DNA of 64,000 bases from Macrostomum hystrix (lineage: Eukaryota > Animalia > Platyhelminthes). Location of the stretch: the NCBI GenBank assembly GCA_950097015.1, contig CATNEN010000039.1, forward strand, positions 6,076,001 through 6,140,000, given 5' to 3'. Positions 24,218 to 39,142 of the stretch are shown here, in pieces. Below the pieces are notes generated by a model. The model searched no databases and was not told the DNA's origin. It saw only the letters and a program-made list of their open reading frames with translations. A program made the position numbers and the translations under genes. How positions within the stretch are numbered: position 1 is the first letter of the stretch; the number at the start of each line of letters is the position of its first letter.

Positions 24218-25691
24218 TTCAAGCTATACACGCATTCGTATCCGAGCAGTGGCAGACGAACACTCAGGATCAACCTCTTTTATGCAATTTTTCCAAATAA
24301 TTGAGCTGGTATAAATCTATGCACATCCTTGCAGGACAGAAATAATTAGTGGAGTTTATTCAAGAGCCATATTGGAGGCAGATGCAAGACAAAAAGGTAT
24401 GCAATCTATGAATTATTGAAGTGCTGGAATCATATCCACGCTAATTAAACTTAAACACGGTCAAGTAGTTTTTCAGCGAGTCCGTTCAGGTGATTAGATC
24501 CACTTCCTGCACTTGCTAAAGCACTCAATAATTCAGACCATTAGTTGGCAAGTTTAACAAGCTGTATTACTCGAGCAAGACGTCAAACCATTGACCCGAG
24601 ACCCACTCCTTCTTCATCATGCGTATTCTAAAATGTACCTATGACTGCACTAAATCGGATAGTCTGAGATTCTAGTAACGAGTCCCACAGTAATGTGAAT
24701 ATGTTCCAGTATTTTTGGATGTAGTACTTTCCATATGAATTTTGTTTGCAGAAATGTTTTCTAGTATGTCTATGGGCGAAACCATCTACGAGTCATAAAG
24801 GCAATTGTTATTTTAACTATGTGGCATTATATGATCTTTGGGCGTCTCTTACCCATAGACAAAGTGCAACCATAATTTAGGCTAAGCGTGCAGCGATACA
24901 TTATTAGTGAAGCTCCAAATGTCTATGGCCGAAAATTATGGGCCATAGACATTCGGAGTTGGAGTCACTGGGTGCACTCTTGGCCTAGACATTGAAGCAC
25001 TCAAAACCGACTGTTAAACCACTCAATCTCGGCCTCGCAAGCAAGGCAAGAGGTCAGTAAAGGTTAGTAAAATTTAGTAATTACACTATAGTGCGTGTAA
25101 CAGCCAATCTATAGATTAAAAAAGCAGAGACTAGAGACATAATTACATTTTACCATTTAAGCCTTTCGCAGCGACAAAATAATAAAATAATGCATGTGTA
25201 TTTTTTAGTACAGAGAAACTAAAATTTTAATATACATATATATTTACATAGTTAATAAGGCCTGTTAAAAATACGTATCAGGTAGGACTTAATACTTTGT
25301 ATCGCTTCAAAAGCTATTTAAGCTGCCGGAAGCGATTAGAAGCGGTAGAAGCTTGCAGAAAGTAATAGCCTAATAATAAATTGGTGAAAAAAGAAGACTA
25401 AAAGTACGATGGATGTAGTTAACTCATCAAGTTAACTATTAGCGAGTATTAATTGAATAGAGGAAAATAAGAAATGGAAACTAAGATTCAAAATCACAAT
25501 GCGTTAATAATGCCATAACAATTTTAATTTCTTTATAAATAAAGATATTAATAAAACTAAATTACTTTATTACAGGCATAAAATTGACAGTTCTTACACT
25601 TACACTTAAGATACAAGCAACATAAATTTTGTTTTAATTATAATACAAATGCGACGAAAGCAACAGCAAGACTGCAATTCACACCTGTCAA

Positions 25692-28045
25692 TCAAGAATC
25701 GATAGCATCGGCGCAGCTATAATCTTTCACTTCATCATCGACTGCTTCAGCTGACCTAGTAGTGTCCTCAGCTGAAGCTCGCTCAGCCGGAGCAGGTTCG
25801 GCGGGGTCCGCCTCGTTGACGGCGTCAATGAAGTCCTCGGGCGCGCCATAGTCTGGGAAGAGCTGGTCGCTGGACTCGGTTTGATATGGCGACGGGTTGA
25901 GCTGCGGTCGCATCGGATGCGCGGGCACAAACAGGCGAAAATTGTGCTGCGAAGCTTCGCGCGTCAAAGCCGGCGTCCTGCCAGTTGGCTTGGAGCAGAG
26001 CAGCAGAGGCTGCTGGAAGCCGTGGCATTGCTGCTGCTCCCACACCGAGACAATGTGCGCGAAGCCGACCTCGCGCTCAAGGAAGTGCTTGAACTGCTCG
26101 GGGCGCAGCTCGATATTGCTGGCAAAGTTCCGCTTGTGGGCTGGACAGAGCAGAGTCCGCTGATAGGATCTGTAAGGCTGCGGCTCCACAATGAACTTGC
26201 CATCCGGTCTGAGCTCTTTGAATGCCCGGTGGAAGAACAATTTCAGGCCGCGATCGCCCCAGTTAAGGTGGATCCACTTGGTGATGCTGAATGCTTGGAT
26301 GACATCATATTTGTTTTCCTCTACGGAGGCTAAATCCGCTTCGCTATCTAGCACATAGTTGCCAGCCTTGAAGGTCACATTGTAGGGGAATCCACCGCGC
26401 TCAGGAGGTGACTGCGGGCGGGTTAATGAGCATTATTTATTAGGGGCGGGCGGTGATTTAGACATTAGACAAGCTCATCTTGGGGGCCGAATTGTACAGT
26501 GAGAGTGTACACTGTCAGACGATAGCCAGGGACTGGGGCAGAGAAGTGGATAATTTAGAGTTCCGCCATGGCTACGGATACGGCTACGGGAAGTTGCGGA
26601 TACGAATATGGCGACGGGAAATTTTGTTTCCCGGATCTACTTTCCGTATATTGAGCTCTCAAATATAGTTAGCACCTAGGTGAGTAAAACTAACAGCGCA
26701 GACATAATAGAAACAACAAGAAAAAGTAGAAAGAAACTCAAGCCCCTAAAGACTTCAAGGCTACATGCATGTTCATGGGGATATGTGGATGGCTATGGCG
26801 AGACACTGGAGAGATTAAATAAATCAAGGACTTCACAGAAACACAGTTTATGAAGAACTTTTCCAACTGCCTACAATAGGAACTCTTAAATCGTGGTATT
26901 CGGGACTGCCACGTGCACACGTTGCCTGGTGCAGACTCCCCAGTCCCCAGCCTAGTGAGGACCCTCACCGAGGAGCCGTCCTCCGCTTTGCCGGCCTCTT
27001 GCAGGCGCTCGCCGAGGTTCCGCTGGGCGATTTCCACCAGTTCTTCGTCGATATCCAGACCCGTCAGAGAGCGGACGCCGAGGGCCTCGGCTATCCGCAT
27101 GGACAGAATGCCGTCGTTGCAGCCGATGTCCAGGACGTCGCGGCCAGTGTACCAGTCGGGCTGGAGCAGCTGCAGCCTGTCGTCCTGCATTTGGCCGATG
27201 TTGAACTCGCCGGCGCCCCTGGCCTGCCTGGAATAGTCGGCTCGGAAATTGCCGTAGATGGCTACGAACTTTGGCCCGCTAGCGGCGGCGCTGAAGGAAT
27301 TCGACAGTGGGCCGCCGCCGCTGACAGACGCCTGAGCAGCTGGGTCAGCTGCAGGATCTAAGCTGTCCGACGTCTCTGCCGCCATCCCGGCCTCCTGCTC
27401 CTCCTCCGAGTGGGGCGAGTTCAGCGCGCTGTCGCCGGGCATTGGTGACAGGCCAGACTGGGCTCGCCGCTTGCTCTCGGCGGCCACCCAGCGCAGGTTG
27501 AGCGGATCTGATGCCGCCACAGGCTGCGACTGACCCGGAGTCGTTGAACTGGAGCCAGACGAGACTCGCCGGCGGGTTGGCGCTCCGCCAGTAGCGCCAG
27601 AGCCAAACCGTTTCTGACGGCCGGCGATGCCGCGGCCTCGCTGCACAGAGCCACCTCGGCCAACGCCAGAGCCGCCGGCGCGCCACGGTCTAGGAGGAGG
27701 TGGTGGCGGTGGCATCATCGTCATTGCTGACTGCTGCTGCTGCTGTTGCCAGTAGGGTGCGCTGCCGGCTGCTGCATAGTGCTGCTGGGCCAGTGAATGC
27801 CGACGCTGCGGAGGCTGCTGGCCCACGTGGCGATAGGCTGCTGACAGGCCGCTACTGCGAGCAGCGCTACGACCAACTCCGCCACCCATTGTGCCATGGA
27901 GGGCAGCATCCGCAGCTGAAGATCGTCCTCTACTACTGCCGACGCTATTGCCACTCCCATGGCCACGGCTGCTGTTGAGCCGGCCGCCCCTGGGCCGACT
28001 GCTTCTGCCACCCCTGAGCTGGCCTGCAGACTGAAACTTGTTCAT
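25692..28045 (-). CDS. MEPCE: 7SK snRNA methylphosphate capping enzyme (Bin3 family methyltransferase), about 598 aa
   Basis: Exons 28045-26969 and 26411-25692 in frame. Motifs DPLNL, YGNF, VLDIGCNDG, GLDID, FPYNVTF.AGNYV, SITKWIHLNWGDRGLKLFF and EPQPY. Confidence 0.93.
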
Positions 28046-28639
28046 TTTCTTGGCTGTTTAGCTTGCTATTGAGATTAGCTTTTATGCTGCAATAGTGCTT
28101 GCTTCCTGTAGATATAAAATTGGATTTTTGTCTAAATTCTCAACTCTCAAAAATTGCAGCTTAAACAACAATAGATTGTAATCTATTAACATAAATAATA
28201 TTAAAGACTAAAAAAATCTGAAATTTTTACACTGGCAAGTGTTTTCTGTAAAAAAATATTCCTGCTATCCAGCTTAATATTTTTTAAATAGAACAAACAT
28301 AACAAAAAATAAATGTTTAAATGCCATAATAAGTTTTAAGTTGTTAAAAATAACTTTTGCGCTAGAATGAATACATACATATTAATAAATTATTAGTATG
28401 AGAAAAAAATTAACTTTAAAGCCTAAAGCTCAAAAAATCTTTTTTGGTCTAGTAATAAATATTTAAAACAATATATTTCCATTTAATATACATTTGCAAT
28501 TTTTCCCATATTCTATCATAACAAATATGAATTGTGTCAACAGAAATAGCAGCAACAAATTTTTTATGTTTAGCAATTATTTGCTGCACATTAAAAAATG
28601 GTTAAACTCTAGCTAGCTATAACAACCACATCAAAAATC

Positions 28640-29118
28640 GGCAAAGTCCTACTTTGCTGCGTTAAATTATTTTGACGATAAAAAGTTAAAATCACGCTAA
28701 TTAGAGCTAATTAGTTCGCACAGGGTTAGGTGGCTGCCCTAAAAAAAACTGCCTTTCGTGACGGCCCTCTGCGTCCTGCAGGTAGGGCATGACCAGGCGT
28801 AGCCATCGACAAACTGGGCTCCATCTCGGTGCTGCAGTCGCATGGCCGGAGCTTCTGGGCAATGGTCGCATGTTCGGGAGTTGCGAATCAGCCCATATGT
28901 GGCCAACCAGCGCATGGCCGCTGCCCTGTCCGACGTCTGTAGCACCAGCTCACGATGGGTGACGTCCAGGTTGCAGAGCTCGATAGCTGGCCTTACATCA
29001 GCAACAGGAACGACTGTTGTGGGTGCCCTAGGTCGCCCGGCCATAGTAGTCACCAGTTCGGCTGAAATGAAAAAAAAAGAGGTCAAAATAATTTAACGCA
29101 GCAAAGTAGGACTTTGCC
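28640..29118 (-). mobile_element. Non-autonomous Merlin (IS1016/IS1595-like) DNA transposon, 479 bp
   Basis: Perfect 37-bp TIRs GGCAAAGTCCTACTTTGCTGCGTTAAATTATTTTGAC and perfect 8-bp TSD CAAAAATC. N-terminal zinc-ribbon remnant CDHC...M.L...DGYAWSCPTC...KGSFF. Confidence 0.9.
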
Positions 29119-30489
29119 CAAAAATCTGTTTTGTTAAAGCGCACACAGTATCTGAACAAAATAATCAAGGTAAATGTTTGTTGATCACTGGGTATATAAA
29201 ACACAAAAACTGTTATAAATCCTAGTGTTTCCAGAAAGCCTACAGCTACAGTTGCTAAACAAGGAAAGAAATGTGAAACAGCATATAATTTTATTTGCAG
29301 TTGATTGATTTTAGCTAGTTGGTTTTAGTGCAGTTTAAAAATCCAGTAGGCATAGGCATTAGCTAGGTCACATAAAAAATTTTAAAAAGTTGTTGGCAAG
29401 ATGCTAGCATAGTTTGGCTTGGCTTGGCTTGGAGTTAATGGTGGTTGATAGGACCCTGGCTAAGTACCATTTAGCTAATACGTAATAGTACAAAAAATAT
29501 TATACATTATCTAAGAAAATGTAATACTGAACTTTAGGCCATATAGCTTTTATTTCAATTTTAATCTTTGAATTATAATTCTTTCTTAAAGACAATGAAA
29601 CCTGCACAAATGTGCATACTTTTAGGCAATACAGTGCTGTGGTTGTTATAATATGTGAGGTTCTCTTACTCAAGGCGATAAATGTTCACGAGCAAAATCA
29701 AATTCTGAGAGGCACGAAACATTCCGCTGCGCGACCATGCATGGCCTTAGCAGTAAAGGTGCATTATTTTATTTCGCTTACTTTTGGCTATGTTGATTTT
29801 ATTGTATTTACCCTTTACGTGAGCAATACTTGCTAGCGTCCTTTGCGCTAACACAGAAGAAAGCAAGCGTAAGTATTTTTTATTACATGAGAAATTTTCC
29901 TTTATTTTCCTTCGTGAGTCGCTTTAGTATTACATAATACACATGGCCAATTTATTAAATAAGCCTTAAATAATGCAGCAAGTTCGCTATGCTTTTTAAT
30001 TCATAACTGTATTAAAAAATATTTTTACCACCTCTTGCAGAGCTCAGTTTTATGTTACGCAATTCATCGTGCCTTTTTCGTGCGTTTTTATTAACCCTAA
30101 AAATAATCGACCTAATTTCTTGTCTGACCTCGCGTCCTTTTAGACTCAAGTATTCAGTAGACTCAAGCATGCACCGATCAAGCCGGAATGCAATCAAATG
30201 GATAATTTTACTACTCTCTGTTCACCAGTTTTCATCACTTAGAACGCCAAAGCATGGTAAGAAATCAACTATATTTTTTGCCTTTGAATTCGTCACTTCA
30301 ACGTTAGATTTCATCCATCGAATGAAAATACAAAAGCCATAGAATAAGAGATAATGTGCCACTGAAAAGGGGGAACTATACGTTTAATTTCGGCAACTGT
30401 AACCATAAAACATCAAATGACAGCAAACGCAAACTTGTAAGGAAGGCAGCAGTCAGAACATACTGGATAAGAGAAGTCTATTGAACACG

Positions 30490-30800
30490 CAACACTCCAA
30501 CAAAGTCAGTCATTAATATTTTCGAGTTCAGGCAGCGCTGGAAGTGCGTCGAGCAGTAACGTGACTCGCAAGCCAGTCCAGCAGAAAAGCAAGCATATCC
30601 GCACTCATTAATTTTGGCCGATTGCCTCCCCTAGCCAGTGCTTCAACCATACATTTGTCGTTGAAGACCTTGATGATGCTGTTCGCAGTCTGTCGCTTTA
30701 TCCCCAGTTGCCGTGGAAGCAGAATCCAATCTTCATCGCGTTGGTAAGCGCTTATCAGTCGTCGATCTAGGGCCGCAATCCGCGTATAGCCGCCACGCTA
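30490..30800 (-). mobile_element. Tc1/IS630-like transposase N-terminal HTH remnant
   Basis: Minus-strand translation RRLISAYQRDEDWILLPRQLGIKRQTANSIIKVFNDKCMVEALARGGNRPKLM; no ATG or TIR recognised. Confidence 0.55.
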
Positions 30801-31999
30801 AGCCGTAGAGAGTTCCTCAGACGAAATCTATGGCAGTTTTGTCGAAATCCATTTCTCGTCTCTCACTGGTTTGGCCATAGACAAGCATATTTTGTCTTTG
30901 CAAAAGCCCCATTTGAAATAACTGGCTTGACGAAACCAAATGCTGAAGTGACGAATTCAATCGGAAAAAGGTATATTTCTGATGCTTCTCTTTTATTATC
31001 TTTCCAAGAAATTGCATTTAGATTTCGATTTAAGATAGGAAAATTGCGTTAAAATGTAGAAGTGTATTTTTTCTATGGTCAGATCGCACGAATAAGTGCA
31101 TTTCATTGAAATACCTGGATTCCTGGAAACTCCAAAATGTAGACACAAGGGCTTGATGATTTTGTGTTTCTACCCTAGACAACATTTATATTTCCTGTTG
31201 CTACAGCGTCTTGTCATGAGGGGCTTCAAGCAGCGTTGCCGCAGGCTTTTCTGTTGCGAGCATGTTCAAATGAAAACTTTATTTCATTATTATTGAATTA
31301 TCAGATATTTGTGAAGTTCAACGTTGAAGTTCAACGTCACAAATATCTGTCTTGTATCTGGTCCCCGATCTGTGTGTTCTCTGTGGCATTTAAAGTATAT
31401 GGAATCGAAAGGGGTGGACCCATGCGCCGATGCAGATGGCAGATCCTTCCATTTTTGGTGGCACGTGTCTCTGATGTTTGGCTGTTCAAATGCTTCAACA
31501 TAAGCTATACAACATTTTCGGTAAATAAGAAGTACGACTATTTAGTTAACAAGTGGATTAAATACTTAGTTGCGAGCTAGCAGTGCAATCGGCCTAAACA
31601 CAGCCAAACATATTAAATATACAGCACTTACAGCAAATAGTTCTTTTTAATGCGCAAATAACTAAATATAGGCAAAATGCGAGTTCGGCAGGTCGCACAG
31701 ATCTACGCGCTAGCTCGAGGCACCACAAATTTATAACCCACAATAAGAATGCGGCGTGATTCGCGACTCGCACTCAACGAAGAAAATCAGGTGGTTTCTG
31801 ATGAATCCGCGTGCACGCATTGAAGAATATTACTGCTGCATGCACAGCTCAGGGAATGATACCGTGTGATAACTTATCAGGGTCTGTTAAAGCAACCAAG
31901 AGTCTGAATTGTAGACATAAGATAGATAAAAATGAGAAGCAGCTCATCCAACTAATTTATAAAAGCAAGCATCGATTCTTAGATAGAATGAGTTCTACT

Positions 32000-32200
32000 A
32001 ATAAAAATAATTGATTACACCTGCCCCAATTGGGCCAGATGTGCAGCCGACAGCACAGCCGCAGCTAATGCGCGGCGCATCTGAAGGCTGCGTACAGCTG
32101 TTCAGTCCATGGACTGGACAGGACGCCACACACCCTGGATTACAGCAGCTAATTCTGGGTGAACTGAAGCAACAGTTAAGTGTCTTGCTAAAGGACACAA
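32000..32200 (-). mobile_element. SINE family 1 copy (CORE-like segment and 3' end)
   Basis: Minus strand TTGTGTCCTTTAGCAAGACACTTAAC...; 3' half matches 8850-8935. Confidence 0.75.
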
Positions 32201-33628
32201 AATGTTCCAAATGTTCGAAATTCTGCTTGTAAAATACGAGTATATAAGGTTGCAGGCTCGCGATCAACTCGGAGGATAGAATCGACGCCTGTAGAATCTA
32301 GACTGAAAAATTCAAGTCTGTCCCACACCTATTATAAAAACTGGAGAAGGGATATCAAATGCACTTTGCTTGCTTTCATGAGCTTATACTCGACACCTAC
32401 TGAGAGATTAGAATAAGGAAATTAAAAAAGATTTCTGGTACCATGCATGCATCTGCTTTGAGTGCACCTATTTGGAAGACAGTTCGTTTGTCTTGCTGTT
32501 TTATCTTCCTGATCCCTGATGCCTATCGCTGGCTGAGGAAATTCAGCAAACACTGACAAAGGATTAAAATTGCCCACGGGCCATTGTGGAACTGTATATG
32601 TTGGTTAGAAACTAGCGTTCGACACGTGCGAGTCATTGGCGCTAATTACATGATTAGGCGCTATTTAATCTTGCCGACACGCTGAGCAGCAGCGACCGGA
32701 GGGTGCTTAACAATCTTTTTCATCATCGACGGAAATTGGATTCCATGCAACCCGTTGTCAAACCTTTTTTTCTAATTTAAAGAGTGCATTTAAAAGCTAC
32801 CCAGACAAAAAGGAGATGACGCTAGAAATTAATAGAAATTAAAATGAAAGATAATGAACTAGGAGAGTCGGTAAAATAGACAAAGGGCATGCAGATTGTA
32901 GCCGTGGAATTACCTGTCCATGCGTACTTCAATACTAATATCGTCCCGCTTTTATTTTTGGGGTTGGCGTCAGCCGCACTTGCCAGTGTAAAATTGCGGT
33001 GCGATCTGGTATTTTTGTAGAAATTTGCGCAGCTAAAAGAAGCCTGGACTAGACAGAACACGGTCAATTGCACTGCCCGAACAGGTCGAAGAACTGCAGG
33101 CTGTAGGCGCTTCCCCCCCCGGCTATTGATTTTGGAGCACAGATCTGATCAAAGGCTTACACGAGTGGAAAGCAGTCTGGGCTGACAGGTTTCGTGTTCA
33201 TCGCTTATGGGAAAAATAAGACCCAGATTTTTTGGGACGAATGCACTTTATTCTAGGATTATTAAGTAGAGTAATTAAGTGAAGTCATTAAATTTACGTT
33301 TTCATCAATTAAACTAATCGATTTTGAATTTCCTCAGTCTGCGCTGAGGTGCATTTTGAGGGTAGCTCGTTTTCCTGGAAAGCATGCATCTTTTCTGCAC
33401 CCCTTTTTAGAACCTAGAGACAGTAATCAGAAAGAGGGAATTCCACGGTTCGTGTTGTACTCCTAGACGACATTCAACATCATTTGCTACATCATTTCAC
33501 ACATTTCTCCACATTTTTACTAAGTGGCTGCCAATGGGAGTGCAGGGACTGTACATTAAACCACGGCCAAATTTTATCGCTGAATTCATCACTTAGCTAT
33601 AGCTTTGGGTGCCTATTGAAAAACACTT

Positions 33629-36600
33629 ATTCCCAGTTCACTTACTGATCTCCCATTCACAGTTCACTTACTGATCTCCCATTCACAGTTCACTTACTGA
33701 TCTCCCATTCACAGTTCACTCACTGATCTCCCATTCACAGTTCACTCACTGATCTCCCATTCACAGTTCACTCACTGATCTCCCATTCACAGTTCACTCA
33801 CTGATCTCCCATTCACAGTTCACTCACTGATCTCCCATTCCCAGTTCACTCACTGATCTCCCATTCACAGTTAACTCACTGATCTCCCATTCACAGTTCA
33901 CTTACTGATCTCCCATTCACAGTTCACTCACTGATCTCCCATTCCCAGTTAACTCACTGATCTCCCATTCACAGTTCACTCACTGATCTCCCATTCCCAG
34001 TTCACTCACTGATCTCCCATTCCCAGTTCACTCACTGATCTCCCATTCACAGTTCACTTACTGATCTCCCATTCATAGTTCACTCACTGATCTCCCATTC
34101 ACAGTTCACTCACTGATCTTCACAGTTCACTCACTGATCTCCCATTCACAGTTCACTCACTGATCTCCCATTCACAGTTCACTCACTGATCTCCCATTCC
34201 CAGTTCACTCACTGATCTCCCATTCCCAGTTCACTCACTGATCTCTCATTCACAGTTCACTCACTGATCTCCCATTCCCAGTTCACTCACTGATCTCCCA
34301 TTCCCAGTTCACTCACTGATCTCCCATTCACTGTTCACTCACTGATCTCCCATTCACTGTTCACTCACTGATCTCCCATTCCCAGTTCACTCACTGATCT
34401 CCCATTCCCAGTTCACTCACTGATCTCCCATTCACTGTTCACTTACTGATCTCCCATTCCCAGTTCACTCACTGATCTCCCATTCACAGTTCACTCACTG
34501 ATCTCCCATTCACAGTTCACTTACTGATCTCCCATTCACAGTTCACTTACTGATCTCCCATTCCCAGTTCACTTACTGATCTCCCATTCACAGTTCACTT
34601 ACTGATCTCCCATTCCCAGTTCACTCACTGATCTCCCATTCACTGTTCACTCACTGATCTCCCATTCACAGTTCACTTACTGATCTCCCATTCCCAGTTC
34701 ACTCACTGATCTCCCATTCACAGTTCACTTACTGATCTCCCATTCCCAGTTCACTCACTGATCTCCCATTCACAGTTCACTTACTGATCTCCCATTCCCA
34801 GTTCACTCACTGATCTCCCATTCACAGTTAACTCACTGATCTCCCATTCACAGTTCACTTACTGATCTCCCATTCCCAGTTCACTCACTGATCTCCCATT
34901 CACAGTTCACTCACTGATCTCCCATTCACAGTTCACTCACTGATCTCCCATTCCCAGTTCACTCACTGATCTCCCATTCACAGTTCACTCACTGATCTCC
35001 CATTCACAGTTCACTTACTGATCTCCCATTCCCAGTTCACTCACTGATCTCTCATTCCCAGTTCACTTACTGATCTCCCATTCCCAGTTCACTTACTGAT
35101 CTCCCATTCCCAGTTCACTCACTGATCTCCCATTCACAGTTCACTCACTGATCTCCCATTCACAGTTCACTTACTGATCTCCCATTCACAGTTCACTCAC
35201 TGATCTCCCATTCACAGTTCACTCACTGATCTCCCATTCACAGTTCACTTACTGATCTCCCATTCCCAGTTCACTCACTGATCTCCCATTCACAGTTCAC
35301 TCACTGATCTCCCATTCACTGTTCACTCACTGATCTCCCATTCACTGTTCACTCACTGATCTCCCATTCCCAGTTCACTCACTGATCTCCCATTCACTGT
35401 TCACTCACTGATCTCCCATTCCCAGTTCACTCACTGATCTCCCATTCACTGTTCACTCACTGATCTCCCATTCCCAGTTCACTCACTGATCTCCCATTCA
35501 CAGTTCACTTACTGATCTCCCATTCCCAGTTAACTCACTGATCTCCCATTCCCAGTTCACTCACTGATCTCCCATTCCCAGTTAACTCACTGATCTCCCA
35601 TTCACTGTTCACTCAATGATCTCCCATTCCCAGTTCACTCACTGATCTCCCATTCACTGTTCACTCACTGATCTCCCATTCCCAGTTCACTCACTGATCT
35701 CCCATTCACAGTTCACTCACTGATCTCCCATTCACTGTTCACTCACTGATCTCCCATTCCCAGTTCACTCACTGATCTCCCATTCCCAGTTCACTCACTG
35801 ATCTCCCATTCACAGTTCACTCACTGATCTCCCATTCACTGTTCACTCACTGATCTTCACAGTTCACTCACTGATCTCCCATTCACTGTTCACTCACTGA
35901 TCTTCACAGTTCACTCACTGATCTCTCATTCACAGTTCACTCACTGATCTCCCATTCACAGTTCACTCACTGATCTCCCATTCACTGTTCACTCACTGAT
36001 CTCCCATTCCCAGTTCACTCACTGATCTCCCATTCCCAGTTCACTCACTGATCTCCCATTCACAGTTCACTCACTGATCTCCCATTCACTGTTCACTCAC
36101 TGATCTTCACAGTTCACTCACTGATCTCCCATTCACTGTTCACTCACTGATCTTCACAGTTCACTCACTGATCTCTCATTCACAGTTCACTCACTGATCT
36201 TCACAGTTCACTCACTGATCTTCACAGTTCACTCACTGATCTCCCATTCCCAGTTAACTCACTGATCTCCCATTCCCAGTTCACTCACTGATCTCTCATT
36301 CACAATTCACTCACTGATCTCTCATTCACAGTTCACTCACTGATCTCCCATTCACAGTTCACTCACTGATCTCTCATTCACAGTTCACTCACTGATCTCC
36401 CATTCACAGTTCACTCACTGATCTCTCATTCACAGTTCACTCACTGATCTCCCATTCACAGTTCACTCACTGATCTCTCATTCACAGTTCACTCACTGAT
36501 CTCCCATTCACAGTTCACTCACTGATCTCTCATTCACAGTTCACTCACTGATCTCCCATTCACAGTTCACTCACTGATCCCCCATTCACAGTTCACTCAC

Positions 36601-37121
36601 TGATCTCTCATTCACAGTTCACTCACTGATCTCCCATTCACAGTTCACTCACTGATCTCTCATTCACAGTTCACTCACTGATCTCCCATTCACAGTTCAC
36701 TCACTGATCTCTCATTCACAGTTCACTCACTGATCTCCCATTCACAGTTCACTCACTGATCTCTCATTCACAGTTCACTCACTGATCTCCCATTCACAGT
36801 TCACTCACTGATCTCTCATTCACAGTTCACTCACTGATCTCCCATTCACAGTTCACTCACTGATCTCCCATTCACAGTTCACTCACTGATCTCTCATTCT
36901 CAATTCACTCACTGATCTCTCATTCACAGTTCACTCACTGATCTCCCATTCACAGTTCACTCACTGATCCCCCATTCACAGTTCACTCACTGATCTCTCA
37001 TTCACAGTTCACTCACTGATCTCCCATTCACAGTTCACTCACTGATCCCCCATTCACAGTTCACTCACTGATCTCTCATTCACAGTTCACTCACTGATCT
37101 CCCATTCACTGTTCACTCACA
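33629..37121. repeat. 26-bp minisatellite (CAGTTCACTCACTGATCTCCCATTCA), about 3.5 kb, followed by a degenerate C-rich repeat to 37312
   Basis: Direct inspection. Confidence 0.98.
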
Positions 37122-37317
37122 CTCTGCTCTACCGAACTCATCCTCACCCTCTGCTCCACCCTACTCACCCTCCGTTCTACCCTACTCACCCTCCGATCTA
37201 CCCTACTCCGCTCTACCCTACTCACCCTCTGCTCCACTCTACGCACCCTCCACTCTACCCTACCCGCCCTCGGCTCAACCCTGGTCTACCCTACTCAACC
37301 TCCGCTCTACCCTGCAG

Positions 37318-39110
37318 CCATCTGCCTGGGCTCAATTGTGATCGCCAGTCGTCGTGAGATTGCCAGCTACTCACACTGCGCCGTCATCCACGGCAGTCTA
37401 TTGTTGAGCGACTTCAGCATGCTCGGCGGAGCCTTCAGGCACAACGACAATCTGGAGGAGAGATCAGCAATTGACGACGATGCGGCCGCATTCAGCGGTC
37501 TAGTTGAGATCAGCGGCTACCTGGCACTGTACCGCATCAGTGGATTAGCCACACTTGGCCGGCTGTTCCCCACACTGGCGCTGATCCGCGGCCTCCAGCA
37601 GCTCCAGGGCAGCTCGTTGGTGGCGTACGACCTGCCTCAGCTGCGCAGTCTAGACCTCGCCAGCCTGCGCCTTGTGCTGAAGGGCACCGTCAGGCTAGAG
37701 AACGCGCCACAGCTGTGCCACATTGCCACCGTCAACTGGACAGCTCTGCAGCCTGTGTCGTCGATGCCACCGACGCCTAGCTTCCTGCTGACTGCCAATG
37801 TGGCCGACAGTCAGCGAGGTCTGTGCGAGGGCAGCGTCTGTCCCGGACGGTTCGAAAACACCACTGCCAACCAGCAGCCGAGCCTGACCTATCGGCAGCT
37901 GTGCCGGCATTGCTGGAGTCGGCGGCACTGCCAGACCGACTGTCCGGCGAGTTGCGGCAACGCGGGATGTCGCACTGACTATGCCAGCGCTGCTGTCTGC
38001 TGCCATCGAGAATGCCTTGCCGGTTGTCGAGGACCCAGCGACGCCGACTGCATGGCCTGTCGGGGTCTGCGACACGCTGGCCGGTGCGTGCCGACATGCC
38101 CGGAGGGTCTCGTGGCTGACTCCGCCGGGTTGCGGTGCATCGCGCCCAAGGAGTGCGTCGATCGTGGCGACGAAGACGGCGGTAAGAACTGCATGAGAGC
38201 CTTGACAATCACCTGGTCATTCATATCAGTGACCAGTTTGATGAATGACCAGTTTTATGAGAGTGATCAGTTTGATGAATGACCAGTTTCATGAATGACC
38301 AGTTTGATGAATGACCAGTTTGATGAATGACCAGTTTGATGAATGACCAGTTTGATGAATGACCAGTTTGATGAGAGTGACCAGTTTGATGAATGACCAG
38401 TTTGATGAGAGTGACCAGTTTGATGAGAGTGACCAGTTTGATGAGAGTGACCAGTTTGATGAATGACCAGTTTGATGAATGACCAGTTTGATGAGAGTGA
38501 CCAGTTTGATGAATGACCAGTTTGATGAATGACCAGTTTGATGAATGACCAGTTTGATGAATGACCAGTTTGATGAATGACCAGTTTGATGAGAGTGACC
38601 AGTTTGATGAATGACCAGTTTGATGAGAGTGACCAGTTTGATGAATGACCAGTTTGATGAATGACCAGTTTGATGAGAGTGACCAGTTTGATGAGAGTGA
38701 CCAGTTTGATGAGAGTGACCAGTTTGATGAGAGTGATCAGTTTGATGAGAGTGACCAGTTCGTTAAGAGTGACCAGTTTGATGAGAGTGACCAGTTTGAT
38801 GAGAGTGACCAGTTTGATGAATGACCAGTTTGATGAGAGAGACCAGTTCGTTAAGAGTGACCAGTTTGATGAGAGTGACCAGTTTGATGAATAACCAGTT
38901 TGATGAGAGTGACCAGTTTGATGAGAGTGACCAGTTTGATGAGAGTGACCAGTTTGATGAGAGTGACCAGTTTGAGACACCAGTCAAACCGCACCCCAAA
39001 ACTCACCAGGAGGTCGCCAGTTCGTAGCCACCCGAGGCCAGTGCCTGCCGGCCTGTCCAACAGGCTATCTACCTGAGGCAGCTGATGTCACCAGTGTCTG
39101 CATCCGATGC

Positions 39111-39142
<32 letters not shown>

